Shown here in pieces: positions 1 to 10,840 of a stretch of DNA of 64,000 nucleotides. The stretch is from the human T2T-CHM13v2.0 reference genome, Homo sapiens. The position numbers were made by a program, and so were the translations under genes. Position 1 is the stretch's first letter. Every line of letters starts with the position of its first letter. Below the pieces are notes generated by a model. The model did no database searches and was not told the origin of the DNA. It worked only from the letters and a program-made list of their open reading frames with translations. The DNA lies in assembly GCF_009914755.1 (NCBI RefSeq), contig NC_060929.1; one strand, 5' to 3'.

Positions 1-560
1 AATATGTATTTATGATAAAACTGTCAACAAACTAGGACTAAAAAGATACTTGTTCAACTTTATAGAGAACATCTACGAAGTCTACACCTAACAACATACT
101 TAGTAGTGAGAAACTGAGAGCTTTTTGCTAAGATTGGGAACAAGGCTAGGCTGTCCTGTCTTACCACTTTTATTCAGTATTGGGCTGGAAGTACTAGTTC
201 GTGATAAAGACAAGGAAAGGGAATAAGAAGTATACAGATTGGGAAGGAAGAAAGACCTAAAACTGCTTTTATTTGCAGATGACATTTTCGTCTATGTAGA
301 AAATCCCAAAGAATTGACAAAAAAGAAAGAAATCCTGAAATTAATCAAGAATAGCAATGTTTCAGGTTACAGGTTAATATACAAAAGTCAGTTGTTATTG
401 TATTACTACAAGAGCAATGAAAAACTAGAATTTGAGTTTTTTAAAAAAATTACCATTTAAAATGGCACTCAAAAATAAATACTCAGGTACAAATCTAACG
501 AACATGTATAAGATCTCTATACATACAAATGATAAAATTCTAATGAAAGAAATCAAATAT
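1..560 (+). mobile_element. Old LINE-1 (L1M-type) ORF2 RT-region fragment, cut by window start
   Basis: Decayed ORF2 RT motifs: G(T)RLGCPVLPLLFSIGLEVL in the DNA, and LFADDIFVYVENPK...VSGYRLIYKS in ORF 239..460. Confidence 0.85.
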
Positions 561-852
561 CAAAATATGATAAATAAAATTTGCCTAGGAATCAGGGTCA
601 AGATACCATATTCACTAAACTAGGCAGAACCTCAGTACGATGCTGAACATTTATCACAGGATGTGCTTGATATTTCTCTTTATTCAATTTTCCCACAACA
701 TTTTCTACTCTTTTCCCACTGGTTAATATCTTTTCCTATCATTAATCTATTGAAATATAACTTTGAAATCACCGTTAATTTCAATATGTATATGCATGAA
801 TGCACACATACAATGTATATGTGTGTACACATACTTATTTTTGCTTGAAGAC

Positions 853-899
853 AATAGTGCATTTGATAAAATAGTGCATTTGATAAAAATAGTGCATTT
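853..899. repeat. ~17-bp tandem repeat, ~2.7 copies (AATAGTGCATTTGATAA)
   Basis: Read directly. Confidence 0.85.
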
Positions 900-3800
900 T
901 TTTCTCTAGAGTGACAAACCTGTATGTGCTAATTTTCTTGTTTGAAAACCTATATGCTCAGTAGCTATTAATATTATAGAAGTAATTAAATAACATTATT
1001 CTCCCTCTGTTTACAATACCTGTTTTATCAGTGGGATCTAACCATGATCAATGTACACCAAACCTATGATGAGATCAACAACTTATTAAATAAATGCTAA
1101 CATTATGCAAAACTGCCCCTTTTTTCCTCCTTTAGTAAAAATGGCTCCAGACAATTCTCATATATTATGAAGAAAACAAAAGGAACATTAAAAAAAATTA
1201 CCAGAACTTGATATGGTATATTATATTTTTAAAATCTAAGCTACACCCTCACTTTTTGGATGATAAAACTTATTTCTTACCCATTGCAAAAAAAGTAGCT
1301 TGGCCAACCTGATTGTGTCAATGGACAAAATAATACATGATGTATACTCCTAGTTTGGTGAACAAGCAAAATTCAGAAAGATGTCACAGACTCAAAAAAT
1401 AAGTTGAAATAAAATAGCCCCGAGATTTAAGAAACAGAGTGGTATAGGATTTACTATTCCAAAGGTCAAAAGGCATGTCTTGGACAGGAACTAGAGAATT
1501 ACATAAAGCATTAGTAACATTTTACATTTATTAAAATCTATTAATAGTAGCGTTTTTTTATATGAAGCATCAGTTTTCATGGAGCAGTAGAAAATGCTAC
1601 TGAGTTGGATGTCTTCATTTGTTTAGAACTCTAAATCAAAGGTTAGAAAATTGGAAAAGAGTGATTAGAAAAATAAAAATATTTGTCACATTCCATAAAT
1701 TTCGAAATAGAACTTTACTCTGACAGTCATTTATAACTGGATCACACACAGAAACTGTACACTTGGTAAGGAGTGATTGAAAAATTGTACAAAGTGCGTT
1801 ATTGGCTTCATGTCATTCTTTGAACAGCAGCAAGTAATGAACTCCTTTCTCAACAGAAAGAGGCCACTTGTATTCAAGGGCTAGTTACTTACATTCCTAA
1901 TCACTTATGTCATTTTTCACTTCACTGCTTCCTAAGTAAAATGAGTTGGGGACTGCAAAAAAGATAGAGTGATGTTTTCCATTGTTCAAGTTACAAGACA
2001 GCATATTTTAGTAATTAATGCCACATTTGCTAAAGATATTATCAAATTTGGAATAGCAGGAGCATTTACTTGTCAACACTGAAACATAATTCCAAGTTTC
2101 CTTCTGAGTTATATAACAGTTCAGTATCCCACTACCTCCATCCAGAGCAGGTCTTAATAGTTGGAATTAGCTATGTACATTTCCATATCTCCATAGAGAC
2201 TAAAGAATAATCACTTTTATATGTAAATACATTTAGTGTAACTACCCTAGAGACCACAGTGGCTGCTGCAGTTATTAATGAAGCTGCACTTAATTTGATG
2301 CTTATCCAAATTACTCTCCAGGAAAAATTCAAGAAACTGAACATGATTTGAGTTCATCAGACATCACTCTTACAATGTTTGATAAACTGGGCTAGCATGA
2401 GTAAAATTGCTTATACTTTAAAACAGTGACTGTTTTTCTGGTTAGGATATGAAATGTGCATTTTTTTTTTTGCTCCCCTCCCAAGGTTATTCAATCCTCT
2501 GTTCTGAGTGCGTTGCTTGAGGCTCCTGGTGTCCACATCTCTAGGGCCATTGCCTACTGTTCAACCGCAATATGGCCAACAAGAATCCTGAATCAGTAAT
2601 AAAAGCCAAAGTGAGGATGGCCAGCTGCTACAGGGGCACAAATTTGGCTATGCCATCACCACTATCCTTTTGGCATTTGAAAAACTTCCACCAATATACA
2701 TATACACTTTAATAGGGTTATGCCTCATAGTAAACTCAGAAAACTTGGTTGACTACATCTTAGAATACAAACTTCATTCAAGACTCCCACTGAAGTCTAT
2801 GGTGGGGCTGCTTAGGATTATCTGAGGGCATTTACAGTGTAATTCTTTATACTTATACTGTCACCTCCACAGGACTTTTCAGTTAGTGCCTGTGGAAAAT
2901 ACTATTTTTCTTGACCATCTTTCAGTGTAGGACTTGTTTCCAGAGGTTTTTTTTGCCCTCCTTATTCCTGCCTTTCCTTTTCTATTTTTCTCAACCAGGT
3001 AAATCATTAGTTAATTTCCTCTCTTCATTTATGTTTTCTGTTCTTGCCTTTTCTCCATCTCGTATCTGTCAGTAAAGACTTATTATCCATTTCTGTTTGA
3101 TCAGTTTCTATTTTAGCTAATGAATTTCTTTGGCTTTGAATGTTCCCCAAAGTCAAAACACCACAACAAATTCAGCAGGTACTTGGTAAAAGCAAAAATC
3201 TTTCAGGATTGACTTGAGAAACTTTTTGCTTCTGCTAGCCTACCTGCTATAAAATCACAACTTCAGGCCATGGCTTAGCAGTTGGAGCTCACAATTATGA
3301 TTAATAATTTACACTGTTCCTAAACTGACTACATTTTTGGCTCAGAAGAAGAGACATTTTACTAAGTTCTACTGAAACCTCACTGGCTGAACTGTACCTA
3401 GGGCTGGCTTAAGGATTGAACTAAGCTGAGTAAGAATTAATTTAAAAGCTTAAATGAAAAAAAGAGAGAAGTTAGGAGCTGCCCTTGGAAGAGTCTTTTT
3501 AAGGATCAGTGTTGATAATTTTCTAAACCTTCCCTCACTTGCCTAAATGTAGAAGCTTCTTTCTCATTAGGAATTAGGGGCAGGATAATCTAAAAAGGAC
3601 GAAACCTCTTATTACTAAATAATATGAATTACCAAATGCGGTACTTGCATTATGAGGTGTTTGTGTGTTGGGTGGTGCAATTTCATTTTGACAGGGAGAA
3701 TTGGGACCACACATATTTGGTTTATCATTCCATGCCTGAATTTTTGATCCAGTAAGATGTTTTAGTTTTTCCATAAATTATTTCAAGTAAAGAGAACAAA

Positions 3801-4357
3801 GACATAGATACTTATTGCAACTCATATTAATCATCCATTCATTCATGAATACTCTGTGACCCCTACTAGGCCCCACACCAACCTGAAGGGAAAACTTACA
3901 AGAAACCTAATTCACCAAGCATGTTGTCATTTTAATAGTCTTTTTAATTGCAGAATTGCAGAAGAATTTTTACTTAAATTCATATTAAATACTTCTATTT
4001 TCTTTTAGACTGAAATCTCTACTTAATCACACCCTCACTTTTCCTCCCTTCTGCCATTATTCTTTGTCATCCCCTATACATTTGTAATATTCTCTATGTT
4101 CTTCTTTTACCACCGGTTCTTCTAGATCACATGGCTATACAGCTTGCAAGTCTCTACTCTTGTCTCTTAAGAGGCTTTATATTTGCAATCATCACAAAAC
4201 ACTGGGCTCTTTTTTCCAGTCTTTCAATTACATTTATAGGTTTCAAAGCTACTGACATCATATTCTTTTCTGAATCTAATACAGAGCATTGCACTTAGGT
4301 AGTAGTTCAATAAATGCTTACAGATGCTATGCTTGAAATAATAGCTTACATATAACT

Positions 4358-4581
4358 AAGGGGTCAAAAACTATGGCCTATGGGCCAAACATGGCACCCT
4401 CCAACCTGTTTTTGTAAATTAACTTTATTTGGGACATGGCTATGTCTATTTGTTTACATGTTGTCTATAGCTGTTTCTGTGCTACAACAGCAGCATTGAG
4501 TAGCTGAAACAAAGGCTCTGTGGCCCACAAAGCCTAAAATATACACTGACTGGCTTTTTATGGGAAATGGGCTGACTTCTG
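4358..4581. mobile_element. MER58A-like hAT-Charlie non-autonomous DNA transposon
   Basis: AGGGGTC..AAACTATGGCC..GGGCCAAA..CCTGTTTTTGTAAAT..GCTACAACAGCAG..GGCCCACAAAGCCTAAAATAT..GCTGACTTCTG follows the MER58A consensus end to end. Confidence 0.85.
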
Positions 4582-5421
4582 ATAAAGTACATTGAAGGAA
4601 AGCGGGAAAAAATAAGCTTTATTTGGGTGCCTGAAGAGATTCCACAAGAAGTGCCCACTCCTGGCCCTCTGTTTCCATTTCTCTCACTGTCTTTGCCTCA
4701 CTGCAAACACACCCACCAGGTCTGTAAGTAAGATGATGTTGGGCTTAGCCATCTGAAGCTGAGCTTTTGTAAAGTGTCTCCTAGAAACACACCTGTTTAT
4801 AAGCACTTACACTGAGATACCTTAGATAAACTTCTGCAATCGATATTTAAGGCATCTGCTGATCCTCACATATGGCCACTGACAAGTGACAGCTGCCAAT
4901 CAGTTGGAACTAACATATAAATTTCACTTACCACAAGACACAAGCTTAGAGGAGGGTGAAAGCCGTCCAAATGACAATGGCAAATGACCCAATTAACCAT
5001 TAGAAATCATTTCAGTAGGAAAATTCTCCTTGATGTGCCAGAAGAGCACATTTAGCTGATTTATTTTGTCAAAATAAAATTGATTTTGGCAATTTCAAAA
5101 CTTAAAAAAATGTATGCCCCAAGTAAAGAACTTAAAATAGGACTTTTTACATGGGAACTTGAACAATTATTTTTGTACTTTTGTATTCATAGTTTCCCAA
5201 GTATATCACAGTGTGTTCATATACATATTTATATATCTATCTAGCTATGTATTTTCATTTTCAAATCTAAAAATTCATAGGCTTACATGTATTCCAATTT
5301 AAATTCTGGGTAAAAATTGCATAGATTATTTTGGATTATCCTAGCTACATATAGTTTGATGCTCATGTATTTATTCAGTGACTATTTCTTAGGAGCTTTC
5401 ATGTTCCAAGCATGATAGAAA

Positions 5422-6115
5422 TAGCATAGTACAGTAAAAAAGAGCACCAGATTTCTAGCAGTCAGAACTGGGTTTAAATCCCATCTCCATAAGCTCGGTG
5501 ACTATAGATAACTTATTGACTGTCTTTGAGACAAAATTTAGTTTTGGGTAAAATGTGCAATATGGTATTTTCCTCTATGAGAGTTGTTGTAAGAATGACA
5601 TGTGGTAGCTGTATTAGTCTGCCTGGTATACATCTATCCACTTCAGGCTTCTACTGCCTTCTGCTGGGAGTCAGCCCTGTGTGCTGACCTAGGAATGATT
5701 ACTAGATCCAACATGGACCAATTATAGTAACCCTGTGTCCCTGGTAAATTCTCAAGGATGGACGTTTGCCCCATGTCAGGACAGTCAGAGTCCTTTCCAA
5801 GAATTTTTTACAACCACAGCTAGAGTGCATATCTCTTTGCTTATGAGATCATGAGACTGGAAGGACAAATCTAAGGATGCTGGTTAAAAATGCCTCCTCA
5901 AGTACGGAAAGACTGTAGGAGAGAATAAAGTAATAAAAAAAATATGGTTGGAGAGTTACTGAGTTTCCCTAGTTCCAGCCCCTAGGTCACAAGGGCTGTC
6001 CTGAGGCCCAGTCCTTCCAATACAATGCCGTCCTGCTAAAACTGCCTTGTTGTAAGTTGAGAATCCTAGCTAAAACAATATAGAAATGCTTAGCAAAGCA
6101 CTAAGTCACTGAAAA
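5422..6115 (+). mobile_element. MIR SINE split by an LTR (pieces ~5422-5609 and ~6078-6115)
   Basis: GTCAGAACTGGGTTTAAATCCCATCTCC..GTGACT..AAAATG..GAGTTGTTGTAAGAATGA; MIR tail resumes as ATAGAAATGCTTAGCAAAGCAC. Confidence 0.65.
5610..6077 (+). mobile_element. Ancient ERVL solo LTR (LTR16/LTR33-like)
   Basis: TG...CA termini (TGTATTAG / AATCCTAGCTAAAACA); internal ATGGACCAAT and CAGTCAGAGTCCTTTCC motifs typical of the LTR16 group. Confidence 0.55.
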
Positions 6116-6209
6116 ACAGATGTCGGTGACCTTATCCTATCTCTGGGAGTCTGAGAATAAGGAGATGCATAGTTTATGGTCCCTGTCTTCAAGATGTCTC
6201 TGACTTAGT

Positions 6210-6315
6210 ATGTTAACTTTTTAGACAGTAGGGACCTTATTTCTTGTATTTTTTTCCCAACACCAAGAGCAGTGTTTGACACATACTAGGTAAACAATAC
6301 TTATTTGTTGAATGC
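6210..6315 (+). mobile_element. L2 3' end remnant
   Basis: CAGTAGGGACC..GAGCAGTGTTTGACACATACTAGGTAAACAATACTTATTTGTTGAATG resembles the L2 terminus. Confidence 0.6.
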
Positions 6316-8170
6316 ACAAAAGCATGATTAAATAACTATGATACTGACATACTGAGTATTATAATAGATACATAAAGACATTCAAGAACATCAAGAGGAA
6401 ACTTATCTAAAAAGGTTTTTGCAAGCACTGTACATAAAATGTATATGAGCACATAACAGGAAGCTAATTAAACTGTTGTTATGAGTTTTGACAGGAATTA
6501 CCTGCCCTGCAATATTCAAGGAGAAAGAAATGCCAATATTCTCTATTTTTTTATATTAAAGAAAATACAGTTCTGACGACCTACTTACTCAAGGCTGCAC
6601 AGGGCCCAATGCTGGGCACAACTTGTGTTCCTTGCACTCTCCATTGAATCTCACAAAAGTACCTGGACTGGAAAATTTAAAAGAGGAGGGTCCTGGCCTC
6701 AGACACAATGCCACTGAATTACTTGAGGTCCTGCTGTACATTGCCTCTCTCTTGCCCTTGTCCATCACCGTCTCTCAGACACTATCTATCCAGGTCACTG
6801 CCACAATGACCATGCAGCAACCCCTTTGAAGCTGCACTGACAATATTTTTGGCATGATACCCAAAGTCACATAATTGAATGACCAGGTCTCCCCAAATAC
6901 CCACTGTGCACATCATTTTGTACATCTCCAAGGTGCAGCATTGGGACAGAGTTCTGATCTATACCACCATGTCTGTCACATTCTCATTCTCATAGAAGCC
7001 AACTCCATAGAGGAACACACTTTTTCAAATTTACATCCTATCTTTACTCTGAAGTAGCATGAAGATTCATTTCCCAAGTTCAGTTCAGCTAGACATTCAC
7101 AAATGGCCTATTTCTGAGAGCACAAAGTTAAACTCCTTAGAGGAGAGTTTCTTTCTTTTTCGTTTTTTTTTTTTTTTCCATTGTGATCCCACTGGTGATC
7201 AAACAAGAAACACTTTCTTAGTCATATTTTTCTGGCACCTTTTTACTTGTGAAAACTTGCTTTTCTATATTAACGTAATCTTTTTTTGGTGTCATTGTGA
7301 TGATGATGATAGTGGTGGTGGTGGTGATAAAATGAACTGAAAAAAGATGTAGATAAACGCAGATTGGACCTTTTTTATTATATATTTGGAAGAAAATGCC
7401 TATTATGATGCATTTTCCCCAGAAGAAATATTACTTTAAGGAATTATAATTGCTGGTTTGAGTTCAGTAAAACAGAAGTTCTCTTGATACCTCAAACATT
7501 TTAGACAAATGTGTTCATATTCTATTCAGGCAAAGATAAGCATTATTAGTCTAAATAAACGTGGCATGAGCAGAAAGCACTATACATTGACACAGAGAGA
7601 ATCTGTATACTCCTTGTTTATTTCAAATCTGAAGTAGTTGAGGGCTTTCATATGTCATCCCAGTTTCCATATTTTGCGCTGAAAGCTTCTTTAGCTGGAA
7701 ATTCAACTACTAACCCACTGTAACTTCATCTGTTTTTCATGTCACTTTGTGCTGAGCAACTACAGTAATCTTGTATCGCTCCCTCTCAGTTGTGACCTTT
7801 CACTGAGTTTCAATAGCATTAGATGAGCTAGATGCTCTATTCCTAGGCAACCTGTGGTAAAATAGAAATTGAAATGCTAAAATACACCAAAGAGACTACA
7901 GCTTTTGGTTTACAATTTGTTAGGATCAAAAGAGGCATTAGCATCAACAGATTTAATACTTTCTTCAAAAGAAATATACTTCTAAGAAAGAGCTTTATTT
8001 TCCTTTTTAAAGCTAGGCAGAGAGATTTTTTCTATAGTAAGAAATACTGGCAATTGACTTGATAATTATAAATGCAAGTAATCCATTTACAACATCACAG
8101 ATTCTGTATCTTTCGGGTGCAGAAAGTTATTTTAAAATAGAAAAAAAAAGAGCTAAGTAGCAAGAAACAT

Positions 8171-8181
8171 GGAAATTCCCC
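8171..8181 (-). promoter_or_regulatory. Consensus NF-kB site GGGGAATTTCC (motif only)
   Basis: Plus strand reads GGAAATTCCCC; function not shown. Confidence 0.35.
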
Positions 8182-9719
8182 AAACCAACCACAAGATTGA
8201 TAATATTTATTTCAACCAAAATTTTAATTCATTAGGTGCTTTTCTATAAAAATGAAATGAAAATATCTAGCCCACAAAGTGATGTACCTTTCCTAAAACT
8301 GTAATGACTTAAAATAGCATTAACCATATCAGCCTAATATACTATTTTTTAAAATTTTATTATAGTTAGCAATTTGTGAGATGTGATTAATCCTAAACTA
8401 TTTTCTGTTCTAACATATATATCATACAAATGATTTATCAGTGCTTTAAATGTGTTGTGTACTTTATAAAGAATAGCATTTGGTATTACTTTGTCCTTTG
8501 AAATATTATGTGATTTGATGGGCTAGTGAGAAAAAAAAGTGAAATCACTTTCCAATCTTCATTTAGAACACATAAAAACTTAAAGTGCTTATGTCAGTAA
8601 ATTTACTGGCTATTAAGTCTTATCACTTGTTCTTGTCTCAAAAGTGGCAAAAAAAAGAGGGCATAGAAATATTTTGTCCCTTGGACATATTTTATGAGAG
8701 TCTTAAAATTATGCAAAATTGGCGTATTTTGCTAAAACTTGTAAGACAACTTTGAAAATAAAAAAATTTATTTGTAAAGTATTATATTCAAATTGTCTAG
8801 CCTCCTGAATGATAATCAAAGTAATATATATTTTGGAAGTAATTCTTTAAGGAAAACTGTGCAGCCTATGAGCAAAGCAATTGTATTTTTAAAAACTATG
8901 TGATGCAAGGAAAAGTGAGTCATTAACAAATATCTATGCTACATAACATAAGGTTGATATGCATTGTTTTTATGAAACATGAACATTCGGCCAAAATTTA
9001 CACAGTGACAAAATAAAATGACAAGCATCTTTTTAAACTAATCATATACATGTCTTATGTTCCAAATGCAGATGTTTACTTCCTGGTAAATATATCTTTA
9101 CAAGAATAGTTAGTTTGAAGCACTGAGAATGAAACACGCATTTACTTTGGCCATTCCTAGCAGAGTGCTTACTTGGCTAACATTTCCACAAACTTCTGAA
9201 AGTTTCTAATCCTTGGCTAGCATTTAACAACTGCAGGGAGAAAGGCATAAATATTTTCAAAATATATGCCTTACATATATACTTGCCTTTTGGATTTGCC
9301 TCAAGGTTTATGAATGTCTTTGTATACTTTTACATATTTTAAAACTACTTTACCTATCATTGCAAATACAGTCTTCATTTTAGCCTAACTTAACTGATTA
9401 ACAGTAGGCTTATAAAATTAATGCTTACTGATAAAGAAGTTTTAACTCATTAAATTTTAACTTAATCAAGGATACGTCTGTTGAGGACATTTTAATATTT
9501 TAAATTAGATTGTTCTAGTTCCAGAATCAGAATTTAGGTTATGTCTAATAACTTTTATATATGACTGGGACATACTACTTCGCAGTCTCATCTGTTACTT
9601 TTAATTTGCAGTATGAGATGCAGAAGCCCACCAGATAGAAATGGAAGCAAAAAGAGTCTGCCTTTCACCAAGGTCTCAATCTCCTGCATCTTGTATGTCA
9701 ACAAATTCCTATGTGCCTA

Positions 9720-9762
9720 GGAGAGTCCCGTGCAGAGAGAGGAAAGTCCCGTGCTGAGAGAG
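9720..9762 (-). promoter_or_regulatory. 21-bp tandem duplication carrying two kB motifs (GGGACTTTCC and GGGACTCTCC)
   Basis: GGAGAGTCCCGTGCAGAGAGA / GGAAAGTCCCGTGCTGAGAGA; exact GGAAAGTCCC at 9741-9750. Confidence 0.45.
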
Positions 9763-10099
9763 TACAGCCCAATTTGGTTCTGTGTCAGTGCCATGACAAA
9801 GAAAATGGCTATTAACTGCTGAGTGGAAACCTCTCTCAGCAAACCATGGCTTATACACAGTGACTTATTCAAAATCCCCTTATGCTGTTGCTACTCTTGC
9901 AATAGCTCAGTATTTCACCCATAGAAGTAGCAATTCTTGAGCATTAGCTTCAGTAAAAATTAGTCTTTGGCAAACTGATGACTGCATTCTGGATCAGAGA
10001 TCTTTAGATTCCCTCTTCTAGCTACCATTACAAATCAAGAGTCATGATGGAATCCAAGTAGACTCTTTTACAAAGAGCTATAGCATAAGATCCATTTAT

Positions 10100-10218
10100 T
10101 GGTAGGAAAGTCTCATGAGGACAAGGACTTGACCTGTTCTGTTCTCTGCTGTAATCTCAGCACATACAGCAGAAACTATAATATAGCAGACACTCAAATA
10201 TTTGGATGAAGGAAAGAA
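10100..10218 (+). mobile_element. L2 3' end remnant
   Basis: CTCATGAGGACAAGGACTTG..TTCTCTGCTGTAATCTCAGCAC..TAGCAGACACTCAAATATTTGGATGAAGGAA. Confidence 0.65.
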
Positions 10219-10840
10219 CAAGAAATGAAGGGTGAAAGGAATTTGGCATATAATGTACTGATGCCTGTGCTCTATCCACCGGGAAGTATTGACTCTAATG
10301 AGCAATGATGCAATCAGTGTGGATCTCTACAAAAGTTGCATGGAAAACATAATTGTTAGAATTAAATCCCCTAGTTCTAGGCGTTATGAGCAATGCTAAC
10401 CCTTACCGATGCCTACTGATGAGATTATTTCTCTCATATCCAGAGGAGGAATCTGGGGCCCTTTTCATTGTCTACCAGTGAGGGTTATACAATCATAAAC
10501 ACACTGATTTCCATTTATCTCTTCCAATGCAGTACAAAAGTCAACCTACTGATCTCTCGTCAAAACCCTTAGGGACTCTGATTCGTATTATGCCTCTGGG
10601 CCAATGAATAGAATAATCCAAGTACATCTCGATAAAACTCCCTAAATCTAGATGTGAAAGAGAAAGAATGGGAGAGGTGATATAATTCCCTTTCTTCATA
10701 GATAAACCCTGGTTTCCACATGCAATTTGGCCAAGCTTCTTTCCAAATCTTTATATGCTGAAGGAAAAAGGATTAATTTTCCTAAGTCAAACCAAAAAAA
10801 TTCTTTACGTTTAATAGCTTAGTCAGGTTGCACTCCTACC

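Noticed and set aside
6780-7020. Kinase-like (LCDFG..CGS) or GAPDH-like reading of the minus frame
   Set aside because: There is no HRD or APE motif, and only scattered identities to GAPDH. This is consistent with chance, so no pseudogene name was assigned.
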